This document shows, piece by piece, positions 50,140-64,000 of a stretch of 64,000 nucleotides of DNA. A program made the position numbers and the translations under genes. Origin of the DNA: Takakia lepidozioides. Its lineage: Eukaryota; Plantae; Bryophyta. The stretch covers positions 93,000,001-93,064,000 of the forward strand of contig CM060731.1 in NCBI GenBank assembly GCA_030704615.1, written 5' to 3'. Positions within the stretch are counted from its first letter, which is position 1, and every line of letters starts with the position of its first letter. The notes below the pieces were generated by a model. That model was given only the letters and a program-made list of their open reading frames with translations, searched no databases and had not been told where the DNA came from.

Positions 50140-50845
50140 CAACTCTGAGGTTAAGAAAACCATGCTTTGTCGCATTATTAGACCTGCCTTGGAGTACGGA
50201 TCTGCAATATGGGTTGATAAATCTGACTTAGAGGCTGTAGTGTCCAAAGCCATGTCTGTTGCCATGAGATTGTCTGATGAAAATGAAGTTAGGCAGAAAA
50301 CTTCCCTCAACTTGTTTCCAGTCAGTGGGGGAGGACATCTTGGATGACCTCAAGGGTCTACCCACTCTCGGCACTAGACTGAAATTTAAACTCAGGGCAG
50401 GAAGCCTACCTTTGAACAACAAACAGAAGCAGAGAGGAAAGGGAGAGTACAATTGCCCGTTGTGTGGGCAACCTGAAGACTATATTCATTTTATGATTCA
50501 CTGTCCGGGGTTCTCTCACCAACGAGACGCTCTCTTCAAATTTATCAAGGGAATTGTGCCCGTACCTCTGTTTACCAACTTTGAAAGTCTCAAGGCTGAG
50601 CCAAAAGCCCAGGCCCTCCTGAGGCCTAGTTATTGGGCAAATCACACACAACAGTTTGATGCTTGTGTGAAGGGATTTCTAGAGGATATCTGGAAAACCC
50701 AGATTAATTCTATATATGAAGGTAAGTCTTACTACCAACGTCAGCCCTTGACAGAGGCAGGTTCTGTCCCTTTTGTTTCCGCTCAAACTGGGCGCGGGGT
50801 CAATGGCCACAAGGCTACGGCAAACAACGTCTCATAAATACAATC
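50140..50845 (+). mobile_element. LINE ORF2 3' fragment (same family as 40.4-42.3 kb)
   Basis: IIRPALEYGSAIW RT thumb-like motif, CPLCGQPEDYIHFMIHC, stop codon at 50837. Confidence 0.75.
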
Positions 50846-50902
50846 TTTTAACTTTTTCTGCACCCTCTCTCCCTTGTGGTTTGTTTACTTTTGTGAGCAT
50901 CA

Positions 50903-50934
<32 letters not shown>

Positions 50935-51159
50935 GGAGAGGGAGAGAGAGGGTCAGAGAGAGGGAGAGATCAGGAAACCAAAATAAAATAAAATGGGGGG
51001 GGGGAGTGACTGAGCCCGTGGTGCTCAGTCACTTCCCCCCCCCCCCCACCTTTTTCTTTTCTCTTTGTTGCCCCCTCTCGAGACCCCGAGCACTTGCTGC
51101 TCTCAGCCCCCGACATGCTTGGTTTTTTTTGTTTTTGATCTGGAATGTTCCTAATGAGG

Positions 51160-52760
51160 CTAACTTGTGGGTTTGCATGACAGGTGCCAGCTTATGGGGA
51201 AAGAGAAGAAGTCCCCTGCCCCAAAGAAAGGGGCGGACAATCCGTTTGCTTTGCCGGCACGTGTGACGCGCCAGGGCGTCTCACGGCTAACCAGCCCCGT
51301 CGACAGCCGCAGCCTGAGGGCTCGTCTGCCCCCCGAGGCCACTACCCCCACTCTTGTCCACATCTTGGATGCGCCAGGGGCCAGCTCAGCCGACTCTCCT
51401 ATTCAGGAGGTTGTTGCTGAGCCGGATGCTCAGTTGAGCACACCCCCGGCATCAAGACGGGTGAAATGTACCTTGGCAAGCACATCACCCGTTCGGGGGC
51501 CCGGTATGGGCACCTTTTGGATGTCACCCCCATAGCGACCCTTCCTCCGCAGTAAGGCTGCACTTGCCAAGGCCCAACGTCAGGTTCAAGGGCCTTTGAA
51601 AGCCTCCATTGCCAGCCCATTGTTGTCGATGAGGGAGGAGGAGACGAGGAGGGCCAATGAAGTGGCCAAGATAGCGAAGCGCCTCGAAGAAGTCAAGCCG
51701 GGTGAGGGCTTCTACCCTGATACGCATTTGGGGGGGGGAGGGGAGAAGATGAGGAGGTATGGGCCGGTTTGGAGCAGCCTAGCCGATCAGCGACACCGCC
51801 CCTTGAGCCTAAGCGGTCAGCAAAGAAGGGCCTGGACTATGGGGCGCCGCCGCTGGCTATGATCCACATCTGGAATCTACTTCCAGTGGCGCTCCGGGAG
51901 GGGATAGAGCGGGCACATCCGGAAACGGGGACTCCTCCCACATCGGGTGACACCAGGGGCGAGTCGGACAAGCTTGCAAAGGTACAACTGTCGCACCTTG
52001 TTCCATGATTTATCTTTTCCTTTGCATGCATGATTTTCTTTGTTTTTGTTTCTTTTTTTGAATTTGGAGGGGTTATTTGTCTTCAAGAGACAGCAACATG
52101 GTTGGCCTCATTGGTGCAGTCCCGTGGGTTTGCCAATGAGGGAGAGGACCCGAACACCAAAGGTAAGAAGAAGAGGCCTCGATCTCCCGAGATCCCTTTT
52201 ACCATCAATGAAGGGGCTGCCGAGGAGAGAGAGAGAAGGGAGAGGGAGAATGAGAGAGAGGAAGTAGCGGGGAAGGGGAAGGAAAAGAAGAAGAAGAAGA
52301 AGAAGTCCCATGGAGAGGAAGGGGTGAGTGTGCATGCAGGGGAGGGCAGTGGGGTAACAAAGGAGCAGGGGAAGGAGGCTACAAAGAAGGGAGAGGGTGG
52401 GATGGCCTTGGCGATACAGGACGTGGAGTTGGCAAAGATCGTGGTGCCACCGGTGGAGGTGAATCGCCATGGTGACCCCTGCGGTGTGTTCTGAGAGGCT
52501 ACGAAGAAGCCAGCCTTCGAACTCGCATTGAGGTGATTTCCTTTGCACATCGAGTGGACTGATCAGCACTTTGGCGCAAAACGGGCGTATGTCCGTGAGT
52601 TAGACTGCCGGTTTCCGGGCAATTGGAGTGACACAAGGGTGATGGAGATGGTGGGGCGAAACTTGAAGGACAGGAGGTACTGTGCCAGATAGATCATTTG
52701 GAGGGCAATGGAAAAGGGGGCCATACCCAAACCACCTTATGGAATAACACAGGTTGGCAA
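51160..52760 (+). pseudogene. Degenerate transposon-type gene (charged low-complexity region plus a possible CACTA TnpA-like segment)
   Basis: Broken ORFs with K/E-rich stretches and an apparent intron near 51985-52088; family assignment is weak. Confidence 0.3.
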
Positions 52761-55700
52761 ATCTTGAATCATGTCACCTTCCATTTGTCGCATGTGCATT
52801 AATGAGGTGCCCTATCCAGGGCTGTTTATGTCTTTAATTGACAATGACCCTTATGGGTCTTGTCCATGTCTTGACATGACGTGAATATCTTCCCACTCTC
52901 TCCCTCTCTCTTCTTAACTTTTTCTACCCCCTCTTTCCCTCCGTGGTTTTTTTTTTTTGTGAGCAGCACGAAAGAGAGGAGAGAGAGAGAGAGAGAGGCC
53001 CCCACCTTTTTGTTTTTCTTTGTTGCCCCTCTATCCCTCTGTCTCCCTCTCTCTGTCCCTCTCTCTCTCCCTCTCTCCCTCTCCCTCTATAACTCTTTGG
53101 ATTTCATCTGGCCTTAACCTTTTGAGGTTATTTAGTTTTTCATCCCAACCTTTTTCATCCAAATCTGGATGATATTATTATAGGATGATGAAACTTAATG
53201 TACAGAAAGCTTGGTTTACCATCTATTTCTTTCATCTAAACTGGATGAACTACATGAATAGTGGTTACCTATTTTAAAATCCAAGAGATAATAAAACTAC
53301 CATCATAAATGATGGCAGTTATTAAACCTAAGCCTATACCATAACCCTAAAAGATACCTTTTTATTGGATGTCATCCATTGACAATGTGCTTCTCTTGAT
53401 AAAATGTGATTTTTCATCCACCCTGGATGAGAAATCAGGAAGTTATGCCCTAAGCACGCCGACACATTTCACAAACGTATGTGTGTAATTCACTAATTGT
53501 TGGGGGGGGGGGGGGGGGGGCAGCATAGGTATCGTGGGATGCACTCATTGCGGGAGAGACTGATGCCGCAAACAAGGCACGTGAAGCAACAACAGTCCGC
53601 CTTGACAAGCACGAATCCACACACAAATGGGGCGCCGGCGGATCCAAGGGTTTTATCTTGCGATTTGTAAGTCGTACTTCCCTATGGATTTTGTTATGTC
53701 TTCTTTCTGGCTCCATCATCGCGAAGAACTGACTTTAATTTGTGGCATGTGTAGCAACGCACGTTTGAGAGGAAGCCATCTCCGGTAGAGTACAACTACG
53801 CCAAGGAGCATGGTTGACAATCCCTCATGAAGAACATGGCCAACTCAGAGGGGATGAGTGCACTACAGGCACTAGTATGGATGAGGTCGAGGGTCATGCC
53901 CAGGGATTGGATGAGAGCTCTGTGGGACTTAGGGGAACGCCGCCTCATTTACGTGCTCTAGCAAAGGGCGCGGAGTTCATCGGATAGCTCTGAGTCCTCC
54001 ACTGAGGATGAGGATGAGGATGAGGATGACTAGTCCTAGTCCATGTAGGTCCCAGGGTCAGTCTACTGAACCCTTGTGAGCTTTTCAGCTCATGTCTTGT
54101 AAATATATTTCCATCTTTCCATCTTTCATCTTATTCATGTGTCGCACCGTCCTCACCCTCGATTCATGCTTGCTCAATTGTGTACCTGCTAACTCAGAGA
54201 AATGGAACTGTAAGTTCTCCCATCCCCAAATACAAAACCAGGAAAAAACAAAAAACCACCCCCAATTCACCCCCAAAATGAACCCCCAACCCCCCCCACC
54301 AGGCTGCCCTCGCTACTGCAGCACGTCGCCAAGGGCGACGTGTTTTTTGGGCGGGGGTCGCATGACGCGACGGTCGGGCGTCGCAAACCCCATTTGCGGG
54401 CAGCAACGCCCGACACCCCCTGCGACATGTTTTTTGGTTCGGGGGTCGCAACCCGCGACACCCTGGCGTCGCGGAGACCGCCACCTTGCCTTCGCCACTT
54501 TTTAAAATAAAAATAAAAAAATAAAACGTGACGCCGGAGCGTCGCAACAACCCACGCCCAAGCGTGGCGGAGACCGACTCCAGCTGTTTTGTGCCACGCC
54601 CAATAGTCGCTTGGCGTACCACCCGGCTGACTCCCGGTCAGGTTAGAAAAATAAAAGGCAAGGACGTTGCCAAAATGACGTCGCAAAAATGCGACGTATG
54701 GGGGTCGCAAGCCCACGCCCTGACTCCCGCGACTGCCGGACGTCGGTTTTTCAGGCCTGTGTGCTCGCCGACAGGGACACACAACAAATCGTCGTCGTCC
54801 TCTTCGTCCACGTACTGGCGTGCCTCCGCGGCCATGGTTTCTATCCTTCCGTTGTGTAGGTGGAGCACTGGGTAGTGGAGGTCGACGACGAGAACGCTTA
54901 GGTTTGGGAGCAACAAGCCTGCAAGCCCGCCCCGATCATCAAGTTAATCAATCCCTTAGACAACCAACATGTAGCCCAGTGGTAAGGGCACACACCCTCT
55001 CACGAGTGGTTGTGGGTTCAATCCACCCTGTTGGAAGTCATTACGGTGTCCACCTTCCCACCGGAAGGCAGTAGCCCTATGGGGTCAAGTGACAACATAA
55101 GTTACGCTTGCTTTGGCAATGCGTCCACCTTTTTTTTTTTAACCAATCCCGCAAATTGTATGGTGTGCCATGACAGTGTAGAGAGAGGCGAACCCTCACA
55201 AAGAAATTGCCCACTCATTCACGTAATCCCAACATCGTGAATCCAGGTAAACAAGAAAACCCAAAAGACATGAAGGCGGGCACTTTCAGGCGAAACCAAA
55301 ATCCCCTCGCATTTACAAAAAAAAACCCTAATGAGAAGCCCCTGGAATTTTTGCTCTGACAACTGTAAACTAAAGTATTCCGGTCAGAGGAGCACTCCGG
55401 TTGAGCACAAATGCTCTCCTGCGAGACAGCGCCCACAGCAGTAGGGTGAGCCGCTCGTCACTGAACTCACAGTGGGTGCAAACCAAACAACTCCGCCTCA
55501 ACCTCTTTGTTGCGAGCAATGCAACTCTCCCTTAGCTTCTCATACGCAATTTCTTTTTAACATTTGTCTTGTGGAAAATTGAGATTTTTATGCAGATGGG
55601 TTGCAGAATGGAAATCATCTGCTGCATTTGTAACTTAGGGTGATGAAGGGTAAGCAGAGAAGGACAAAAGTGAAGCTGCGGGGGGAGTGCTGACAGGCCC

Positions 55701-56254
55701 AACGCCCAAGTGTGTGATCTGTATTCTGACTCTTGATTTTTGGCTCAAGGCCCGATTTAGAAGTAGTAATGTGGAGGGATAAGGGGTGATTAGGGAGGCA
55801 GCTTGGTAATCTGAGCTGCTGCCAGTGATGCCATCATGGTGGTTATGATCGGTGGAAACCTGTCTTGCTGGAGGATAAAGCGCTGGGGTGCGGTGAAGAA
55901 TTTGAGCGCCGAACCTTGATGGATCCAGTTTGGGGGTGCACCGATGAGAGCAGTAGCAATAGGGGTTGAGCTTACGCTGTAAGAAGAAGCTGCGGTGCCG
56001 CCTTAGGATCAATGGTGCATGAGGTCTAGCTCGCAGAAAGACGCACTCTGACATGCTCGAAGCACGCCCGCGCATGTTTGTATTTTTTGGCTTGTTTTTT
56101 AATCCTTCTCGAGTCATGGGAATGTCTGCAGTTTGAATTGCGTATCGGTCATGCGTTGGTTGTTTTGGAGTCATGGAGTCCAAGTCATGGAGTCAGGAGT
56201 GCCTCAGAGTAGTCATGTCCATGTCTTGAATCCACGGATGATGGACATGTTAAC

Positions 56255-58230
56255 TGTTAGAGGGCTGTCTGGGACTTAGACAGTTTTACGGGTTCTGTGG
56301 GGTACCCTTAATTTTGCGCAGACTTACGGATGGTAGACTCAGACCAACAGAGGCCTTAGGGGTGACAGACACAGGCCTTAGGAGTGGTAGGCAAGCTCAC
56401 ACAGCCTATCACAGTCAGTCACAGCCTTACACAGTCTGTCACATCCTGAGATAGCCTGACATAGCCTGACACAGCCTGACACAGCTTGTCACAGCCTATC
56501 ACAGTCCGACACAGCCTGACACAGCCAGTCACAGCTCAGCACAGTCACAGCCCGACACAGCTTGGCATCACAGCGTTCACATGGAACGGATATCATTGGC
56601 AGGGAATGACTGTGTGGGAACGACATCTTCAGAGGGAACGTGCATTCTGTCTTGGATGACAGTTAGTTAGTTAGGCGGTTAGAACAGCTTGCACATAGAA
56701 TAGGCAGAGTAGCGACATGGAGGGGGTCAATTCTGAGATCACTTCTTGGACATCACTTGAGGAGATAAGGCGGAGAGCACGATCTTGGAGCACATGGATG
56801 GAGATTACATAGAGGAGGAGATACGACGAGATGATGCTTGATTCATGCAAGCTATAGAGATGCACCGTAGAGCAGATTAGAGATACCATGGCTTCGGCTT
56901 GGTACATGATAAACATTAATATGATTCCTATTTCATATTCACACCGTGTAGAGAGATATGAGTGAAGCTGTGGAATGAATGCTTGAGTAGTTGGAACATG
57001 GTAGATTGCAAAAGCAATCTGATACTTAATCATAGACAGTAAGGTAAATTGCTAACATGAATGCGAGAAGGAATACAAATAGGAAGCACCCCCATGATAC
57101 ACGAGTTGTAGGTCGTGACTGATTGTTCTGAGCGGGCTGAGTACTAAGAGATTTCCAACTCTTCTATCTTGGAGTTTCCACCTCGGATAGCTAAGGGATG
57201 GGTGAGTAAAAGCCGCTCGACATTTGGCGACCATACTGGGGAACTGAGTCAAGAACAACCAGATGTGACAGGCATCTGGTGGGATCATGGTGGATGGAGA
57301 ATCAAAGAATTTGATGTGAATCAAATTCCCCGTGAATCAAGTGGCCTATAGAGGGAGAGCAAGTTGGTTACCAACACTGGTTTATGTGATAGCATTGCTA
57401 TCCATTAAACGAGTGGAGTTTGAAAGCTGGGAGGAATGGAAGGTGAATGTTTACACTCACCTGGTGGGAGTTCACCACTACAACAGCAGGTCCTCAAGGA
57501 CCAACACCTACAGGAGGACCAACACCTGTCAAAGGGCTGGGTGTAGGGCCACAGATGGCGGTACCTCCAACACGGGCAAAGCCACCTTTTCCAATATATG
57601 CAAGAAAAGAGAATCCTGATGTACACATCAGCCAATTTAAGCACATGTGTATTGTGAACAATGAGAATGGCGATGATGTCAAGATGGGACTGTTTCCTTG
57701 TTCACTTATCAAGAAAGCAAGTGAATGATATGCAAGGTTTCCTAATAATCATTTCCTAACCTGGAATGGCCTTAGTACAACATTCCGAAACAGGTTCAGG
57801 ACAAGCAAAACTGAGGATGAAGTGTATGGGAGTTTACAATAGTTGAGGCAAAAGAAGCATGAAACTGTTGAAGAATATATGGAAAAGATAGAGTTAATGA
57901 TGAAAAAGCTGACTGCTGTACCAACACCAAAATTACAGAAGATTTGGTTTGTGAGTGGACTAAGACCTGAATTACAAAAGAAAGTGGATATGCTACCTCA
58001 TAATACAGTGGAGGAGGCATTCGAAACAGCCAACAGAATTGAGCAATTGGGAATGCTCAGGAGAGATAAAAGGGATGATGAGGACTCTGAAGATGAGTCA
58101 GGTGAGGAAAAAGACCAAGAAGAAGGAAAAGTTGAAGAGGGACAACTATGAGAAAAGACTAGAAGAAATCTTGAAAAAGTATGCCACAGAGGCTGCAACA
58201 CATTGGAGGAAGGGTGTTTGGTGTGCAAAG
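56255..58230 (+). mobile_element. gypsy family 2 copy: LTR 56255-57222, PBS 57225-57242, internally deleted extra ORF and disrupted gag
   Basis: TGTTAGAG...CTCGACA-TT-TGGCGACCATACTGGGG; CACAG-rich minisatellite at ~56395-56580; gag matches 42480-43100. Confidence 0.82.
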
Positions 58231-61200
58231 TGCCAAAGATGTTTGGGTGTTCGCGACGGTGGTGACGTGATGATTGCATGCTGCTCTAATACCTGCTTGT
58301 TGATGGCCCTAGATGGGCTTTGTGTGGAGCGTTCTTGGTAGGCGGGTTCTGCAGCGAAGAACTGCTCTTCAGATATATGCATATTGTTGACGGTGACCTC
58401 TTCTTCAGGGAGATGACATATCGTGGTTTCCTTCCATTTGATTTTTCCTTGAGGCAGAGCGTGCAATAGGCACTGATTGGGCGCTTGACCTTTTGCTACG
58501 GGTGACTATGCTGGTTTGGGGGCGAGGCTGTTTTTCCAACACCTTTCTGAGTACTACCTAGCTTGGAACTAGACATACGTAATTGACGGCGAGCAGGTGG
58601 AAGAAGGTAGATGAGTGCAGGCGTTGAGACGACCCTGAGGTAGAGGGTGGTGATGAATAGAAGAGAAGCAGTGTGTGCATGAAGGTGGAGTTGTGGTTGG
58701 AGTTCGTGGAGCTGCAAACTGTGATTGCAATTTGCTTGTATAGATGCGTCTGTGTTGCTAGTAGTGAGAACGACGGCGGACGCTAATTATGGCCGTTATC
58801 CACTAGAATCCTGGTGGCGGCTGTGTGGTTACAGGGTGTGGGAGGGACTTACGAGGCTTGAATTTGGTGTGGGGTGGAAGTGGCACTTTGTCAGGGGGTA
58901 TTGCTGCTCTGTGGAACGGGCAGGTGATCTGGAGGTGGGGGGAGGAAATGAGAGCCGGCGTTGGGGGTCCCTTGGAGTGGCAGCAGCTATTTTGAGGGAG
59001 GGTGATATGCTTGTTTATGAAAGTTAAGAGACGAGGCTTTAAAGGAGGATTTACGCTGTGTATTATTGTAGTGTGAATGTGTGGGGGGTTACACCATCCA
59101 CTCTAGTCAGGCCTGTTGTACTATGCAGGAAACACTTTCACTTGTCCCATCCATATCTTCTCTTCCGCTGCGGCGTGGATGAGGGTTTTATGAACTCTGA
59201 TCACAAACAGCATGGATGTAGCCAACCTTAGTGTTAGTTGTAGAATAACAACAAGACCTTTCACCAAGGACTAGATTAGAATTAGACATAAGGGTTTCTC
59301 CTTTTCAATGACGAGTAATTCCCACATCATCTGCACTTCATATTTATCACTTTCTGTTGGTTCAATGTTATGCTGCAGATGGAATTTCGAATTCAAGCCC
59401 TGCTCAATGGTCAAACAAGCCCTCTCACGCACAACCCCAAGACATCCCGATGCTCAAATCCAACATAAGGAGCAGGCTGTACTGAACATAGCAACACAAC
59501 TAAGGGTGGGGAGAGGGGTGAGTGAGTTCCCTGAGCGTGAGAGGGCCATGGTGTGGCAGAGATCGGTGGTGAAAGCCTCTCGTCTGACATTGCGAAGGTC
59601 CCAACATGTCCTCAATCGCAGCCTTGCATAATTTAAAGGGGCTAGTCAGGGTGTGGTAATCGCTGCGGGTATCAGGCCCGACCCGGATCTCTTGGTTATA
59701 GTTGAAAAGGAGCACTCCCGCTGCATCATCGGAGCTTCCACGTTTGGTATACATGTTCACCAGGACGGGGCAACTGGTAGAGATCCAGCTTTGGCAATGT
59801 CACCGTGAGGCTCCAAATCCGCCGTCCTGCTCCCCTGCTGAGCATAACCTAGATAGTAAAGGCACGTTGGTGTAGACGAAGGCTGGTAGCAAATCGCCTG
59901 CCACCATTGAAGAACATTGACTGAAATGTGTTCGCGGGCAGACCGCGGCGGGGCTAGATTAGCAGTGAAGGAGTGATTGAGCACGGAAGATCCCCAGGGG
60001 GATTGGGGCGTTGTTAGCTGCGCGTCGTGCTTGCCGATGATACCATACCACTCATGTGTATTCGCCCAATTGCAAGCTCTACTGGGGACTCCAAGCCTTA
60101 CCGGCTGTAACAGGCTCCTATGGGCGGCAGAGCTGTAAGGGCGCCCGAGTTGAGATTTTTGAGAGCCGGGGGGGGGGGGATGTACAGTTTGCAAATAACA
60201 TAGTGGGCCTGCACGGCTGGTCTCTGCTTGCATTGAGCACTAGATGCGTCTACATGCAGGGTGAAAGAGAGTAGAATGAAGAGGGTGTAGAAAATGGCGC
60301 ACCCAGAAATGATTTATGATTTGGAAATCTATTTTAATTAATAAATATAATATTCCACGTGGACGGGGACAGTGGTGCACGTTGATCTTGAGTGGTTAAA
60401 GACACCTCATTGATTTGTGCCACTTTGACAGTGGTGGAGAGTGGGTGGTGAAGGGCATTACCATGTGTGCTAACTCGCGATCAGCTCTTGGGGGAAGGCG
60501 GAGCTCTGCCTTCCCGCCGCCAGTTCCTGCTAAATTCTTAGTCACGACTAACTTTATAGGGTTTCACCATCTTCCCCTTTTTCTTATGCACGTTTCCCCT
60601 CCCGATAGCGGTTCCGCTAATGTACCCCTCGCTGGGGATTTTGCTCCATCTCCAATCACAGCTCGTCCCGCGGCTCGGTGCGATATTCTACTGCTCAGCG
60701 ACACCCCTACTTCGTTCTTCCTCTAATGTAAGACCCGTCTCTCCATTACGCGTCTTTTAAGCTATCTATTGCTCATTTTCTCTGGGCACGCTTCGGCTCT
60801 CAGCTGGCCTGACTAGAAGGTAGATGCCGAGCGGTCGTCATCAGGCCTCCAGATGATCGACATACCCGTCTGCCCAATGATCACCATACCAACGGCCACG
60901 AGGACCTCCTTACGGTGTTTTCGCTATCTCACATTATGATCACTGCATCGTTTCTTACTATGGTATATTCAAGCTCCCCCATCTGGAGCTGGCAACTCTA
61001 CTATCCTCCACCGGGCCTACCCGCTATGGTGCTGCGAATCCGCGGCCAGCTTCACAACAACGTACTACCCATCAAGGATCGATCTGCTTATCCTACACCC
61101 ACGAGCAGTCCACACCGGAGGATTGCTTCCCCCTGTCATGCACCCGCTTTTCCAAAAGTGTTGCCCGTGAGGCACAACTTCTCAGTTCGGCTCTTTTGAC

Positions 61201-64000
61201 ATCGACGATCTGGGCGGATGGACGTTTACCCACCCCCCTTCTCGTACTCTACAGAAACAAACTCATATGATGGCTGGCCAGCACACAATGGTGTTCACGG
61301 ACTGGAGGACCTTATGCTCTACCTATAGCTCCTGGCGGGGGCGAGTTTCGATCTTGAGGCATGGAGTCACTTATCATCATCTGGACCTCGATATCCCTAC
61401 CAAGGAGGCGGCTCCAGCTCCAACACCCATTACTCTACCGTCTACTCTCTACCAGGAAGCATACTCATCCCTCACTCAATATTTATACCACTTCTTCCTT
61501 CATTGCAATCGTTTCCACATTTCTATGCTGATGCTTTTCCCAATTCTTGCTCAACAATATACACAGTATTTACCATTTCCAAGCCCAACTTTCCACTCCA
61601 GAGCTCAGTCCTACCTTCCTGATCCATCTTCAATTTACCCAATACCCCAGATCTCCTGCACCAAACCCCCCTATATGCCTCAGCCCCCGCCCAAGGCCCC
61701 TATTCACACCATCATCCACTTCTCCCCCACTGTCACTCCCTCCACCTCCTATGCTGCCTGTCATTGTTACATACTGAACACCTACAGTCTGCCTGAGCTC
61801 TTGCTGTCTACATTGCTACCCTACTGTCACCTTGATGTCTGTCACACCCCTTTGCTTCCACACCCAACAGCACTCACACTGCCTGTCAATCCTGCCATCT
61901 GCAACCAGGGCCAAAGCAACTTCCTCAATTAGCCTTTCAGACACAGCAATACCCCCAACCCACCGCCCCCGTTACTACACTGTAATGCTCCTCCTAATTA
62001 CACAGCAATTTTAGCACTTCTCCCACTTTCTATCTGTTGTACTGACCACAATCGTTCTCTCACAGGCTCGGTGACCAGGCTCAATTCAAAGTTTCACATA
62101 TGCTCGGCATATGTATCTTCTATACCCAACAAGTACTACCCCGTCCATCTTCCAAGATGACCCCCGAACCTCAATCTCGGCCCACCTGCCCAGCTGTCCC
62201 AGCAGCACCCTCTACCCCTCCCTACATCTACTCGGAACCATCACTTACGCCATCCTGCCAGGTACCATATCCTAACACAGTTGCTACACTCCACTTACCT
62301 AGTTTATTTTTCATCTCTGGACCATACAGTGCATCTCTGTACCTCTCCAAGTACTACTCAAGCTCAATGGCTCTCGCACTCAACTTTGACAATGTGCCTT
62401 ACATATCTCTGTGCCCCTCGTCTGCAATTGCTTTCTCTACCCCAACTACTGCTACATCTTTGCCCTGTAGTCCCACCTTTGCTACAACAAACCCTCCAAT
62501 CCACTCCCCCTCATGCCCTTCACTGTACTCTGCCACTGCACCACTGGGCCCCCCCCCCCCATCTTCCCCTTTACTGTACCAACTGCAATCCCTCTCTCAA
62601 TGGCCCTGTCACAAGCCTCCAATCAATATGTCACATATGGCCTGCATATGGACCCTATCTATACAGCAATTTCCACCTTGCACATCTCTCCAGATGGCCA
62701 CAATCTCCCAGGCTTACCCTACCCCCCCCTCTACATAGAAGTCTCACTTCGCCACCTCATGTCACCATTCAAAATCAATTCGTCATACATCTCTCTAGGT
62801 GTCACCTACTATCTAGACTGCCCAAGGCTGTCCGCCGGGACTACTTAATAAGCGCGGACCTCCCACAACACCTAATTCCCACTCCAAATGTTCCTCTGAT
62901 TCAATGGCCCTCTGTCTCTAATTCAATTTCGACAATATGCCCTGCATATGTCAATTTCTCTCCAGAGCAATGGATCTCCCCTCCCCAGCTATTTCCACAC
63001 ACCTGCCCAGCACCAGTGCCCACGCTACACGCAGCCCCCTCATGCTCAACCTCCCCCCGTCATCCCTGCTGCATGCTGCCCTATCACCTCCGAGGGCCCC
63101 GATTCCTACTCACATACCAAGCCCACATGGCTCATACTCATGGCTCATACTCATGCCCTCAACATAATTAATTCAGCCCATATGCCATCTCTGACAGGTA
63201 CCCCAACTGCACAACACACAGATCGACCCCTATCTCCCCTCAATCCTCATGCCCCACTATCTTGCTTACTCTATCCTAGCCTCACTACCCCCCCCAATCC
63301 TTCTTGCGGTGCTCTGTCCGCATCCATCTCAGATTGCCCTATACATACCTGGCCACACCCGCACAGGCGCAAGTTAGTCGTCCATAGCTATTCTCCCCAT
63401 GCATCACCCAAAGCCGCACGGGATTCAATGCATGCCCCTTATTACCCCTGAAATCCCAGTGCACAGATCACACTCCCATCACAATTACAAGCGGTCACAC
63501 TCCCATCAATTTCAATCTGCGCTAGCCAATACACCCCTTCTCTGCAGGCATGTTATTAACACACCCAATCCACACTCACTCCTTTTCACATCCACAGTCT
63601 GCAATGACATAAACCTCTTAATGCCAATCTCCCTAAATTGGCTTAACGCCTCCCTCCTTCGTTTCCACCATCACTCTCGATTTAACTCAGTGACGGCTAG
63701 CATCACCCCCCCAACACATCGAACCTCTCACAATTTATGTCGCATAGCTCTGCCCACTGACAGACTCCTGTCATCACCTCGCACTCCGATTACTCTCCAT
63801 TACACCCCCCCTCTCCCAAACACCCCACTGCCGCCGCGCCTATACAATTGGGCAACAGTTCCAATTAATAAACCAGAGGCGCTCCGCCGCCAGTGGCTGC
63901 GAAGTCACCACCACCCTCCTCGCTCATATATACTGCAGCCACCCCTCACTTCACACAATCTCTCCAACCCACCCCCTGCCCTTCACTGCCTCAACTCTCA

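Noticed and set aside
59500-60233. Possible decayed LINE endonuclease on the minus strand (SDYH-like motif)
   Set aside because: Motifs too degenerate to support by eye

Overview
Eukaryotic (probably land-plant, heavily methylated) transposon-dense window with no recognisable host gene. It contains three copies of a large Mutator-like (MULE) DNA transposon whose transposase has a GCM/WRKY-like Zn domain, a MULE DDE core and a C-terminal SWIM finger (copy 1 at ~1-6.2 kb, copy 2 at ~6.3-11.4 kb, copy 3 at ~30.7-39.7 kb). It also contains two Ty3/gypsy families, each present as an inverted pair of truncated copies, further gypsy fragments and several LINE 3' fragments. The main finding is in copy 3: a four-intron gene, divergent from the transposase, encodes a ParB/Srx-like domain (VR...WDGNHRLLA...N). 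Between the two genes lies an array of 22-bp palindromes spaced every ~53 bp (about 5 helical turns). The palindrome differs between the two transposase subfamilies by a compensatory change that keeps its symmetry (GGAAATTCGGCGCCGAATTTCC vs GGAAATGCGGCGCCGCATTTCC). This suggests a ParB/parS-like protein-plus-binding-array module on a eukaryotic transposon; its function is inferred, not shown. All domain calls come from reading motifs by eye, with no database searches.
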